From Tubulanus polymorphus (lineage: Eukaryota; Animalia; Nemertea), in contig NC_134028.1 of the NCBI RefSeq assembly GCF_964204645.1, positions 682,001-746,000 on the forward strand: a DNA stretch of 64,000 nt, written 5' to 3'. How positions within the stretch are numbered: position 1 is the stretch's first letter; every line of letters starts with the position of its first letter. The notes below the pieces were generated by a model, which saw only the letters and a list, made by a program, of their open reading frames with translations, was not told where the DNA came from and did no database searches. A program made the position numbers and the translations under genes. Shown here piece by piece: positions 50,800 through 64,000 of the stretch.

Positions 50800-53700
50800 A
50801 TGGGTGTCCAGTACGGTGCCTTGAATGACCAGCCTGAAGAAAATACTGATGGGTAAGTGATACGTTTAATAGCATCGTGAAAGCCTCAAACTCTATTTCG
50901 AGAGCGCGATACCATTGGGTTTGTCGCTGGGAATAATAGTACTGACTGGGAATGATAAAGAGTTGGTCGGCTAGGGAGTGGAGTGGCCAAGCAGTGGGCC
51001 TTAGCCAAACCAGTAGGGAATGGGTCAGGCTAAGGAGTGGGCCAGGCCAGCAGGGAGTAGACCAGGCCAGCAGGGAATAGGGTCAGGCTGTTGGGGATAT
51101 TTGACTCGAAGTACAATACGTTTGTCAATAAATGCTGTTGTATTGATTTAGAAATAAGAAAGTAAATAAATGCCATCTGCAGAGAAACCCCAAATCATCG
51201 TTAATCAGTGTGTTTGGTAAATCTGTCGATAGTTTAATCCTAATTATCATCAGGATTATCTCAATCCATGACTGATTTGAAATCATAATTGTTCTCTAGG
51301 ATTTCACCTGATGAAATCGAGAATACAGATGAACAACAGGAGGAAGTTAAGAAACCAACTTTATCCTGCATTAGAATCATTACACTTAATGTATCCTGGT
51401 TCGGTATAAATCTAATCTATTTACTGTTATCAGTAGAAGGTATGTATGCTTCTATAAATGTCCCATCAATGCATTTCCGTGTCAATATCTTTTCTGGAAT
51501 GAATTTATGAATATTTTGCCTCATTTTTCAATTCGTGTAGATATCATTTTTCAGTCATTCCAGCACAGATTCTATCATTGGTCGGACCTGCAACGAAGGG
51601 GCGATGGTTCGGGGGTATTGTGGCATCTGGAGCAGGTATTCTATCAGTTATAATCGGCTCTCGTTTTGAATATTGTCTGTCGAATGCTCCTTTATCTTAA
51701 ATATCTATTCTACAGTTATAATGTTTATTAGTGGTCCTCTAATTGGTATGATTAGTGACAGATTAACATCGAAGTTTGGTCGCAGGCGTCCAATAATGTT
51801 CTTCGCTACTATATCTATTTGGTATGTATGTAAATCATCTATGGTTTCTACTCATTATTTACAATGAGTTCATGTTCATGCTATTTGTTTCTAGTTTTGG
51901 AATGGCTGGTATGGCGCTCAGCGCTCCCAATGTAGTTTTGTAAGTATCAAAATAGAGAAAAAGATGAATATTAGAAACGAACTGAATGAAATTATTTATA
52001 CCCATGTATTTGAATTTTGATATTTGCAGTAAATCTCAATATCAAAATGCATCGAACGTGAGTATGAAATCAATTTAATGTCTTAGCGAGTATTGCCTCA
52101 CTACACCGTCAGGTGCTGCCGCTATGCTCATCGTAAGCGGAATTTTCATACACTAACATGAGTCGACTCTGGCAGGTGTATGAGTTCATGTGGTAATAGT
52201 TTTAATGTTATCAATATTCATTTCTATCAGTAATCAGAAAATAATTTGTCTGTAGTGTGTTATTGATCTCGAAGCTCAACGCTGTAGACCATTCAGCAAA
52301 AATAATTCAGGACTAGGACTGGGACTGGGACTAGGACTACCTCATGTTAATAATCCGAGTGATCGTAGCTCCGTGAAACTAGATCAGAAATATGCAGAAG
52401 TCAGTCAACCTTCAAAACACCCACAGAGCCTGGGTAAGCATCTTTAAACTTACAGCTAGTGAAACCCGTACTGAACTTATCGATCAGTGACGATCATTAT
52501 GGTGATGACTTAAGACTTTGGTAAATTAAATCAGAAATACAAACTGATACTCAAAAATAGAGACGACAGTAACATGATGACTTATCAGATGACGATATAA
52601 CCGATTAACGAGTTTGACTGTATGATATGATGGGGTGCTACATTTGGTCGATGAAATAGGAAACAACCATGCCATCATTTCATTATAGATGTTGCTATCA
52701 TTTCATTATAGATGTTATGTTGATTTTTTTTCTGTATTATTTTTCAGGTTTATTTATTGTATTCTATTTGTTTGTTATTGCGTCGTTTATCTGTATATCA
52801 GTACCGTATAATGCTCTTATCGCTGACAAGTCACATCCAGAACAAAGAGGTAATTCATTCTTACTATAACTATTACCTTCCAGTTCCAGCAGCTCTTCGT
52901 TTAAAGTTTGTTCCCAACATTGAAACAGCGACAATGAATTGGTTATGACTCTGATCTCTAGATGACGGTGGAACTGGATCATAAAGTAGTATTGGTTCTA
53001 AATGAACACGTGTTTTCGCCCTGGTTCCTGTTTATATCCGGGAAACTATGGAATTCATGATGGTTGACACCGTTTGGAATTTAGAATTGGCTTTTAAATC
53101 AGAAGTCGATAGTTTCTCTTATCATTGTTTTTCCATCAAGTTTCTGTTTTTCATTCGATTCAGGTTTGAATTCCGGAGTAATGGGAGCTATGATTTTATT
53201 TGGCAACATATCCGGTGCAGGGATGGGCCTATTCTTTCCCGTAAGTACCATATTTTTAGACAGTTCTGTGTGGTTTATTTTTTGTGTATCACGTCAGACA
53301 CATGACGTTAGAAGTTAGTCTGGAACGAGGATGATTAAATGCGTATTTGTGTTATTTTTTTACAGAGTCTGGGAGTGCCTCTTACCTACGCAGTTACATC
53401 TATTATAGCAGTTACATGTATTCTTACGACGTTATTTTTTATTCACGAAGACCCGGCTACAGTTACTCATAAACCATGTAGTGAGTACCCTGAGTGTCCT
53501 AGCCCTTTCACATCTTAAACCTGTATCGAGTACCCATGCATCTGTACTTTAACACTGACTGTTATGACCTTTAGGTCTACCAAAACCAAACTCCTGCTAA
53601 ATCATTGCTGATTTGGTATAATTAGATATGAATGTCTCTTTCTTTTCAACAGATTTCAAAAGTGTATTCTATGGTTTCTGGTCGCCATTAAAAGGTACGT

Positions 53701-54902
53701 ATTAAAGAGTTTAACTCGGTGTAGTCAGAAATTATTTAATGTCACATTGTTTACCTATCACCTATTTTACTGATTTGTAGAACACGATTTTCGATGGGTT
53801 TTTATAACACGATTGTTAATGCAGCAGGGGGTCTCAACAGTCGTAGCGTAAGATCATATCAGTAACAATTTGTCACTCGTCTTAGAATCTTATCTACTAG
53901 AATAGTATCATGTGGTTGTATTTATGTCCTCAGGTTTTTAGAGTTTTGGTTGGCTGATATGGTGTATATACCTCACTGCTGGGGAGCGGCTAGGGCTGTA
54001 GCACTCGTCTTGTTACCTATGTTAATAACGGCGGCCATATCGTAAGTTATAATGAGCTCCGCTAAGTTTTCATCCTCATCTTTATTTCTGATTTTTCATG
54101 AAACTTTCTTGTCTATTTCTAGATCGATATGCGGAGGTTTATTGTCTGATCGGTTAGGCAAACGGAAAGTTCTAGTTATTGTTTCTGGTAATCGAATATA
54201 ATCTATTTCAGTATGAATTCAATCTGATCCTCTCCTTAACTTGTATTAACGGTTTTTTCTTTCTTGTAGCTGTTCTCATGTGTATTGTCAGCATCTTCCT
54301 ATCAGCAATCAGGGGTCAGCACGCGTACTATATAGCAGTGTGCCTAGCTCTAGTATTTGGTAAATATCGATTCTGCAATCCTAACCCAACGTGAATTCTG
54401 AAATATCTATTTAATCAAATTGAAAGCAAAATTCACACTAAAAATTGCGTTTTTAATCAATCAGGTGACTTATCAGGTGACTAACTTATTGCATGTATTT
54501 CATATGAATTGAAGGTCTAGGTTTTGGCTGTTACCAATCTGTAGATTTCGCCCTTGTCATGGATGTTTTACCCGTCGAGAAAGATAAAGCGAAAGACATA
54601 GCAGTTTGGCATCAAGTATGGTTTCATTTTTCATAAGCCATCAGTTTAATCATTCTCTTTAAGTCCACGGTTTAATCAATGTTAATTTACCTCAATCAAT
54701 CTATCATTAATGACCTACTCTATTTATACAGGCATTGGTTCTACCACAGGCGCTGGCCACACCAGTAGGTGGAATACTGTTAGATCTATTTGAACGCGTC
54801 AATTGTCACATAGGACTCGGTTATATCATCATATTCTTAATGACTGCTGTGTATTTTCTGTTAAGTGGAATATTTGTTATCAAAATTCGTGGCGTCCGAT
54901 AA
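50800..54902 (+). CDS. Major facilitator superfamily transporter (SLC45/sucrose-permease-like), about 17 coding exons: 50800-50852, 51300-51439, 51555-51635, 51716-51821, 51895-51939, 52030-52057, 52256-52433, 52749-52849, 53164-53240, 53367-53480, 53653-53694, 53781-53848, 53935-54041, 54123-54187, 54270-54359, 54515-54615, 54732-54902
   Basis: MFS motif A in both halves (GMISDRLTSKFGRRRP; GLLSDRLGKRK); PYNALIADKSHPEQRGLNSG; HDFRWVFITRLLMQQG; YQSVDFALVMDVLP..KDIAVWH; ends IKIRGVR*. GT-AG introns. Confidence 0.9.
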
Positions 54903-54908
54903 AAACTC

Positions 54909-55062
54909 AGACCAAACATCACCAGATGCTGACCCAACATCACCAGATGCTGACCCAACCTCACCAGATACAGACCCAACCTTATCAGATACTGACCCAA
55001 CCTCACCAGATACAGACCCAACCTCACCAGATACAGACCCAACCTTATCAGATTATCAGATA
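54909..55062. repeat. 21-bp minisatellite (gacccaacctcaccagataca), about 7 copies, just after the MFS stop
   Basis: Tandem units visible; gives the spurious DPTSPDT / TQPHQI ORFs. Confidence 0.93.
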
Positions 55063-57348
55063 CTGTCGTTTAGTGTCAAAATCTGAACTCTATCATCAGA
55101 AATATGTGTTATATCTAAATGTTTGGTAGATACATAAAATTAGGTGGACCAAATGCTGGATAACGAATGGGATACCTATGCGCATGTTGAAGCGACGTGC
55201 AGCATGGCTGGATGTCCAATATTTGGCGAGCGGTGGAAGAGATGAACTGAAAGCAAGATGTTGTCTCACTTTATTATAACATAATTTGTAGAAGAGGTGG
55301 TGAATAAATCATATATGATAGTTTTATTTGTTTTGACTCTATTCACGCATGTTATTTCATGAAGGCAATACAGAGAAACGCGTGTAAGACAACGAACAAA
55401 TAGCTTAAATAATTGTATGTTCCGTCTAACAGCTCCCAGGGCTTTAACGATCACTTTTATCACTGATTCATTTACAAAACATGAAATAATATATTCACAT
55501 CGTGTCGACAAGCTTCCAGTGTGATTTTAAACCATGGTTAAGTGCGAATACGCTGAGGCTCAATGCCACCATGTCCCTTACCAAGCCAAGTCCAGTTCCA
55601 GCCACCACACTTTGGGAACACTTTCTGTGCCCACAAACAGAGCTGCCAAAATATATTGCACTTCTACGTGTATAACGCGATTTTGCCTACTTGGTTCTGT
55701 CGGGCTTTCAGATTGTGTTTTCAGTTATCAGCGGTTTAATTAAGTTATTTTGAATTTGAATTTGAATTGGTTAAGCTACAGCAAACAAGTAATGTACGCA
55801 AACTGGAGTTCATGGCCAGTGTTGCTATTATCAGTTACTATTGTTGCTCTGGCGAGTGCAAAAGTATATTCAGAATATTCTGACGTGTGTAGTTACGTAA
55901 GCACTCCATACATGGGTCGGTGGAATGTTGTGACGTATGACTTCAATCCATGAGCACCGAGCTATGTGCTATAGTGCCTGCGCACGTCAATAAACAGTAG
56001 AAAGATATAACAGGTAGGGAGCTTTGCTGAAAAACATGAAGAGTAGTAAGAGAGAAAATATGAGAGTGGATATCAGAGTCGAATTGATTTGGTGAACCTT
56101 TTTTAAATGAATGAGTTAGAAATGGACGAATGTTGATATCGGATGAAAAATAATAAAACAAATGGATATATAGAAATAGAAGTAGTATACTGGAAGTAAT
56201 ACCGGAATATATCTAATCCACAGGACGTCACGGAATAACTGCTGAGACCCCACCCTAGACATCATTGGTGATAATTGCACAAACACAATTTGAGTGAGGA
56301 TTTACAATACACAACAGGCCTTCAAGATCCTAAACTTGTTTTAGTGAACGTGTTAGATTCTAAAACTGTTTGCCAATTCAAAAATGAACCAAAATTCAAT
56401 AAATGATGTCGAATTCGAGTTGATTCGCATTGGATCAATTTTCACGTTTTGAATAGTTTAAACTCGTTCGGTGAATTCTGTGTATCTCGTATTTCCTGTC
56501 GTAGCCTTCCACGCGATGAATACATGTATAATTAAGAAGAGATTCTCGCGATAAGCTTCACGCATTAAAAGTACGTTGTTTCCTCAAGGTTGATAAGAGT
56601 AGAGACTAACTATTTATAGCTATACCTTACTTCAGATAAAAGGTTGATAGCACAGCTGCTGCTGCTGCTGCTGCGGGACATTTCTAAAAACGGGACATTT
56701 CTATTCAGACTTTCGCTGCTCCTTACTTTGGATTGATAGACTTTACACCCATGTATTCGGATGACACTGAAGACACACATTTCAGACAGGACTCAGTTTC
56801 ATGACAAAATTGAACTAAGCTTTCAAAAATCGTTAACCCGCACAGCTCATTAGACGCCAAGAGAGGCGAAGAATTTGATTTACAAATTCACCCGACGATC
56901 ATTTTATTAATCATTTGTGATCAGTGATTTGGGAAAGGGTTCAAAAGTGCGACGAATCGCGTGCGATGATGAACTCCTGGATCCGGAAGATAATTGTCTT
57001 AGGAGGAGGATATACAAACCTGGATGATTAATACTGAACCGATGTGAACTCATAATCATACTCTCCCAGCGCGTGTCGGTCAAATACCGATTCCTATCAG
57101 ATATTCATACCTTATACATTCACTACTAAAACACCGATCGCACCAGCTATGATTGACCGCACACATGTACGCACACGATGTGCACCTGAGGGTAGTCTGT
57201 GAATAAACCTGAAACCCACGCGGCGGTTTGAGGTGTACACGTGATCTATTTTAGTAATCGTTCGCCACGTGACGAGATGTTTAATGTTTAAATATGCATA
57301 GCGCCAATACGAATCGACGGAAATGACGCTTGATAAGAGCAGCAAGAG

Positions 57349-57438
57349 GGGAGAGAGGAGAGAGGAGGGAGGAGAGAGGAGAGAGGAGAGAGGAGAGAGG
57401 AGAGAGGAGAGAGGAGAGAGGAGAGAGGAGAGAGGAGG
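57349..57438. repeat. (GGAGAGA)n heptamer repeat
   Basis: About 12 purine-only units. Confidence 0.95.
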
Positions 57439-59028
57439 ACAAGGGTAGATGGGAGAATGAAGCCCCCCAGTCGAGTACGCATTCAATATGTGTGTTTAAC
57501 ACGACGCCTTTTCAATGGAATAACAACACAATGACAAAATCTAAGACGATTCTCTCTTTTGAGAACAGGGTCTCGTTAGTAATGCATACACGGAAGTCGC
57601 TCGTCCTCAATTGTGATGCGAGACAGTTTAATTTATTCTAGTCTCCAGGTTTTCACTTACTGAAGCCGTAGATTGTTAGCGGGGGTTTAGTTCGAAGACG
57701 CGACGTAAAGGAGTTTTTTAAGATCACTCCTTGGCTGTAGTTTATAAGACATCTTTCTTACTTGGAAGCGGGTGACAGAATCTAATAAAACCAGCACGGC
57801 CACCACGCACACACCCCACGTCTCCCGCCCGTGTTACGCACACGTCTCCCGTCCGTGTTACTCCTTTCCGATGAGAAACTGACGGTCATCATCTAACACT
57901 GGTTCATACATACATCCGAGATTTTTCGGTGCAACAAACACCGATTGAATTATCTCGACGCGATTCGGTACATTTTCTGCGTTTGTCGACGATTCGTTTG
58001 ATTTTATCGTTTACGTCCCATTAACCGCATCCAGAACCCATATGTCTACTTATTTCTATACATCTAGTGCTGCTTCTAGGTTCATTCTATTCAGTAATTC
58101 AATGTGCAGGTCGCACCACAACACTCGTCGAGAGAGAAGAGTTGAATAAACTCTTTTCATTGTTCTGACAATCTACTAAACAGACAAACACTTCTCCCGT
58201 AACCATTTACAGTTCCAGCATCAAAATGTCCTAAAATTGTTGAATCAGGAAACGTGAACAAAGACACGGATAATAGTTTAAAGGTTAACTAGATGTCATT
58301 AAAACAAGCTTTTACTACAATGATATATGATTTGATTTCATGACACAGTGCAGTGCAGTAGATTCATCAGGTTTACTGGGGCCAGCTGTTATAATGTGAC
58401 AATTTTTGTCTCTTATATAATCGAATAGAACCTTGAATCATATTCTCCCAGCTGTCCTACACTATCCGGAGAAACTTATTTAGTGAGACCTAGAGTTTTG
58501 TAATAAAGTAAAGACTTTGATCGACAAAAATAATGTGTTGGTAGTTCTTTGTTTAGATAAAGTCTGAGTTGGTAATTATTAATTATATCCATTGATTCGT
58601 GGTTCCGGCCCTACAAATCCTGCAACAACTCCTCCTATCATTAAGCATCTAAAGGATACAGCTCCTCCTAGTAGACATATAGGAATTACCTTTACAAAAA
58701 AGCTCGACATCTTTTTGATGTTAGCTCCACGTGAGGGCAAGCATGAAAAATAAATTGGCAGTAAATTGGCCAGTAAATCAGGTGATAAAGCAACAAAGGA
58801 ACTCGCTCAAAGGGAGTATCGTGAACGGGTAAGACAAATGTAAAGGTCCTTGACAAGAGACTAATTACATTGATGTCTAGGTTAATAATACCTGTACACG
58901 TGATGCTATTCGGTTAAATAAGGCAGTTGTTTGTAGTTGACTGCGGTTTTACTGATCGGTATAGCGTTTGTAAACATCACACATTAGTTCCCTAATTCAA
59001 AAAAGACTTATGCTCGTAAGTGCAGAGC

Positions 59029-59208
59029 AACCCGAACTCCTAACCCTAGATTCGAGCCCGGGACCCACCGTGCCAGCCGAGCAGGCTAACCTCTATACCA
59101 CTGGTGCCACTCTATACCAGCCGTGGTGGTTGAATGCGTTTGAAGGCTAGTCTTGCCAGTATGGGACCAGTGAGATGTAGTGACTGATGACCCAGTCGGG
59201 TGTGGTAA
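59029..59208 (-). mobile_element. Degenerate third copy of the tRNA-related/telomeric element
   Basis: ctaaccctag-attcgagcccgggacc...tgccag..gagcaggctaacctctataccact aligns with copies 1 and 2; the tail tagtgactgatgacccagtcgggtgtggt resembles their extension. Confidence 0.6.
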
Positions 59209-59740
59209 CAATACCCACAATCATTACCGGCCAAACCGTAGTGCTGATCTGAGCGAAAAATAAGTACCTGAAAACATTTGGAAATTTATCATTTTATCAC
59301 AATTATAAACCGAGGTTGAGGATAACCCCGGGGTGATTTATATTTAGATAGCCAGTCTAAAAAACCTGGCACTGGTCGAGTATTGTATAACTGCCCTGGA
59401 TGCTAACGGCAGAAGTACATTTATTTCATAGATATCATCTCGCGGAAAATACCCTAGATTTTAAATTTCAATGATTATTTGATCTTAATTCTATTAAAAT
59501 GGCTTGAATCATTAAACCTAGTTTTTAGTATTTCTGATGATCTGTCGCGTTTGCGGCGTCTCTGAATTTTTAAATCACTTAACAGCGCATCGTCTCAGAT
59601 ATCCCATCAGGCAGACGCGTCTCGTTGTTTATAGCGCCTGCTGCTAAGAGGTAGAACAATATAGAAAAATATTCAGATTTAGATCATTCTGATAGGTCGA
59701 ATAAAGTCAAGGTCAACAAATAGTTTTTAGGCGAAACCAT

Positions 59741-59850
59741 GGACCCAGTCCCGCAGTTCTGAGTTAAAATTCAACTCTGACTTAACTCATTGGAAATGAA
59801 CTAGTTTTAACTCAGGGTTAACTCTAACTCAGAACTGTGGAACTAGATCC
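59741..59850. mobile_element. MITE-like element with TIRs ggacccagtcccgcagttctgagtta ... taactcagaactgtggaactagatcc
   Basis: About 26-bp imperfect inverted termini; same family as 21287-21417. Confidence 0.75.
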
Positions 59851-60098
59851 TGAAAATCAGAAGCTAGAAAGAACTGTCTTCCTAGTTCATTTAAAGTGTT
59901 TGTTGTCCATTCGAATTTGAAGAAAGATTACTGAATTCATTCCAGGGTCTGATTATGATAAATGTTTTTGTTTGAGATGGAGACCATTGCGCCGCTGAGT
60001 AACACTAGTCTGAGATCAGTTGTGAAACGCGGCGTCATCTCGAATGTTGCTCGCGCGCGCGTCGTCTTTATATCTAGTATATTCATACACATCAGCAG

Positions 60099-60206
60099 AG
60101 TCAGTCAGTTAGTCAGTCAGTTAGTCAGTCAGTCAGTCAGTCAGTCAGTCAGTCAGTCAGTCAGTCAGTCAGTCAGTCAGTCAATTAGTTAGCCAGTCAG
60201 TCAGTC
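60099..60206. repeat. (AGTC)n tetranucleotide microsatellite
   Basis: Direct observation. Confidence 0.96.
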
Positions 60207-63200
60207 GAAATGACTGTTTCCTCGAATGTAGCTTGCCGTGAGATTCAGGAGTCCCGTTAAGAGGAATGAGATGCGCTGCTATAAAACGTGAGTACTTATG
60301 ATTTTTTCTAAACATTTCGGTTATGTTGTGTTGAACATTTCATGTTTTCTCGGCTCAAGTCGCTTTCTTCAGTCGTAACCATAAGCAGTAGATATTTCTC
60401 AAGTTGCTTTCACTTCGTTAGATAACGTTTATACTGACGATGTTTTTTTTTCATGGTGATGTTTTGGTAAATGATTTTCGAGTTAAGAGAAGTTTCCAAT
60501 AACTTCATTTAATTTTCTTTGTACAGAGAACAACTTTGTGTTGAGTTGTTTGAGTTTTTGCAGAGTTGTAGTTGTAGGACTCTGATTCGTTTTTAGAGTC
60601 CGTGTTTGAACGTAGTATGTGGAATTGCACGTTTGTAGTTTTGGTAATCTGTCCGGTAATCAGATACTCAAACACTATTAACTGCTGGTGTTGCTGGTGT
60701 TGCTGGTGCTAATACTACTGCTGCTGCTGCTGCACCACGGGTGTGTGGTGTGGATGATGGTGTGTTGACACATATTTATGTGCCATTTACAATAATAATT
60801 GCAACTAATTTTAGGTCACACGACGATATATTTGAAATATGTATCAAATACCAATGTGGACACAGTAACGTTTAGGCAAGCGAGGATGACACGTGGGGAA
60901 TTTGGTTCAGAAGTATGAAAACGAACCACCCTTTCAGTTGTCACAGTTTCCTATACTCGAAAATGAATCATATTATCAGATAATAAATGAAACCCTGCTG
61001 GATGTGATCAAGCGCTGAGCTTCCGGTTTGATAACTGCGAGCAATAAATTCAAATTGAATTAGTAACAAATCTAATTCAATTGATCTGTATATTAAACCT
61101 GATGTTGAAACGATTGAACGGCGACTCATCGAGTATATGAGATATATGTGAGATAACAGCTCCCCACCGCAATAGATTCAGTGGCACAACATTTAATTGT
61201 GGCGATGATTAACTCACCTGGGAGCAATCACAGACCAGCCTGCCACCCCCGGAAACTACCTCGTTAACTATATACACCAATTACTCTATTTACATTTAAC
61301 AAATGAGCCTGTTCGCTTCGCCTTATGACGTCACATCCGGTAGACGCTGTTTGATATAGGATCCGATGGAGTGAGTGAGACTACTACAGTCATCATATAA
61401 ATCTTAGATATCTTTGATGGATTTGAAGCTAGGAAGGAAATGTTTTTTCTTAGTTTGATTGATTGCGGTTGGTCGTACAGGTATACCGAGGGTCATTGTC
61501 AAGTTTTCTGTCTGTGCATAATTCATATTCCCAGTTGGAGTGGTTTATCTTCACGGTGAGTTGGCCAGTGTTCAGTGTCGAACACTTAAAGACAACTTCA
61601 AAATGTCAGTGATATGTCATTGCATTGCCCTTCACTCTCGAATTCAATTTTCTAGGAATGGGATTCCACCTGAAAGACTCGTCGACTTTGAAGTTTTTGT
61701 TTTTTGTTGACATTTCCGGAACCTTACAGTAAAAGTCACCTTGATACCCCGAGCGAGGTTGACACATCTCCTGAAATTAAATTGACTCAGGAAAGAAACT
61801 ATTGTCTCGAATGGCTACAGCCTCGATCCATGTTTGACAACAGAATCTCTGCTGCGTTTAAACTGTGTCTGATAACAACGTTTTTCGTGGAATATTTTGA
61901 CTCGTCGTAGTCGTAGAGCTTTAGTGAGTCAGCGAGAAGACACAAAAACAAGGCAGCTCGTCGACTATTGAATGCGCAACTTTCAAAGAAAGAGTTATGG
62001 GTTTCAGTTATCATCGAACGCTGAAGATAAGGGGGAAATATAAGGATAATGATAATATGCGATATGATAATGTTCTTACTTCAACCATTATAACGAGATG
62101 CAACATTTCGCACTCTAGACACTAAATGTCAAACTGAGTAATAGTATTGCATGTGCCGCACCCTGTTTTCCCCAAGTGTCCGTATAACTAATAATCATAG
62201 GATTCAGCTACATTTATATATCTGTAAGATGTCTTGAAAACAATTGTTAAGAATGATGAATGAGTGATGATCTGTCAGTTCTGAGTTTGTCGCATCTGAA
62301 TCGCTGCCGTTGTAATCAATGGGTGCGAAATTTGAGAAAATGATAATCAGATCTCAATTTCGATCCAAAAAACAACTTTTTTCGAATGAGTTATTTTTAT
62401 CGCAGAGACGTTTCATATTTCTTTGCAAATGCAAGTGTTTACATTTCACCCGAGCTCAGACAGACACGTGTGCAGTAACGTGATATGAATAATGGGACTC
62501 GAACCCGATCGCGTCGTGTTAGCCACGCAGCCCACAAATGACGTATGAATATTACTTAGGGTTTCCCAAATGAGAAACGTGACATGAGACAGCGTTTCAG
62601 TTTTCAGTATAGTGTGCATTTCGATTTGTATCCGGCTCGTTTACGGTTACGGCCGCATCGCTCCGAGAATTTGGTGTGGAGACTTCGGCAAACAAGTCAT
62701 AAAAATGCACGGAGAACAAACACAATTTAATTTAATAGCGATATTTGGATTTCATTTCAAGTTTTTTATTATTCGCTCGTCTATCTGAACACGTGTGTCA
62801 CCACGGCCATTTTATTTTGTATCTGAATGAATATTTGGCATTAAAAGAATGGTAGATGTTTCCCAAAGATATTCACTCTCCTCTCCTCGAAAGCCCCCCC
62901 TCTCCCTTCTCTCGCCAATGTTAACATTGATCCCTTGATATAATGCTGCTAGCGACGCAATTCAAAAACTAATCTGTATCGAGGGATACTCTGTGTAAAA
63001 TCGTTGGTAATAAACAATGTTGTCAAACATGTTTAAATATGCATGCATCGTGTGCAGACACGACAAATAGCTTTTACCTGCTCTCTAATAATATGTGACA
63101 CAACCATTCAATAAAAACGTACCTTTTTTAGTTTCAAGATACAAACCCATTTCTATACCCGGTATGGGCTAAAGAACTGGCCTCGAAATTTTCAGAAGTC

Positions 63201-64000
63201 ATTTAGTTAAGCTAGTCGCCATGTTAGCTATCTTTGATTTCCTAACAAAGTTATTGCCTGAGGACTTGAATTCGATGATAATGCTGCCGTCAGTATAAAC
63301 ACTCATCTCACTTTCAATTCTGCCCCGGGGTAAAAAACCCCTCTCTTTCTCCTCTCTCTCTCGATACAAGAAAACCTGAGATCAAAAGATGCAAAAATCC
63401 GATTGACGACAACAGAAATTGAACTGTCGGAACTCCCATCATCTTTAGTCAATAAGATTTTACGTTCAACTTTCAAAAACGATGTACATTCACACACTTT
63501 GTAGTAGGAAAGGTTTGTTTCGGATCAGATTTGTGAGTAATACCTGGCTCTCTATAATACCGCGGTCCGCAATGTAAAATATTGATAGCTATGTAATTGA
63601 GTAGATTCATGATTGGCTGCGTTCAGAAGAGTTTTATACATTTTGAGAAATTCAAGCACAGAGAAACTACTTTATAAAACAGTTGCTGAATTTTGATGAT
63701 ATCATTGAATCTCTAACAAGCTGAATTGAGATATTCTTGAGTGAGAACAAGATAAGTCAATGAATACACAAACCAATCAATAACCCTCCAGTAGCTAAAC
63801 CTGAGTAAACTAATGATACAAAATCCAACAGTTTTCTCCTAATATGTTTATTAAATCACTGGGTTTTACATGATTTGACCTTTGTTTGATCCAGTGAAAG
63901 CCGTTGATACGCAGAAAAAATTGTTTGTTAGCTACAATTTCGTAATTGGTTTAAAACGATGCCGTTTTTATTTAGGCTTGATTTTTTCTTTCATTTTTTT

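Noticed and set aside
54803-55129. ORFs with TQPHQI / DPTSPDT repeats
   Set aside because: Translations of the 21-bp minisatellite in the MFS 3'UTR.

Overview
Eukaryotic, AT-rich, intron-rich animal (invertebrate-like) genomic DNA; the species cannot be determined from the sequence. Exons were assembled by hand from GT-AG boundaries and reading phase. Genes from left to right: an intronless class A peptide-type GPCR (+); a stum/SPEC3-family membrane protein (+, 3 coding exons); TM9SF3 (+, 13 exons); RASGEF1 (-, 16 core exons plus about 17 kb holding several phase-compatible alternative 5' exons); a second intronless GPCR broken by a (TA)n frameshift (+); an unrecognised secreted Gln/Pro/Gly-rich repetitive protein (-, 5 coding exons); DAPP1/Bam32 (+, SH2+PH, three candidate first exons); and a 17-exon MFS transporter (+). 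No convincing CDS was found from about 55 kb to the end. Introns are full of micro- and minisatellites and short MITE-like hairpins. Least explained items: (i) a dispersed element joining a tRNA-like Pol III head to blocks of telomeric TTAGGG repeat, with a conserved extension upstream of the tRNA part; (ii) the orphan secreted low-complexity protein; (iii) a compact, apparently non-coding, structured minus-strand unit between stum and TM9SF3.
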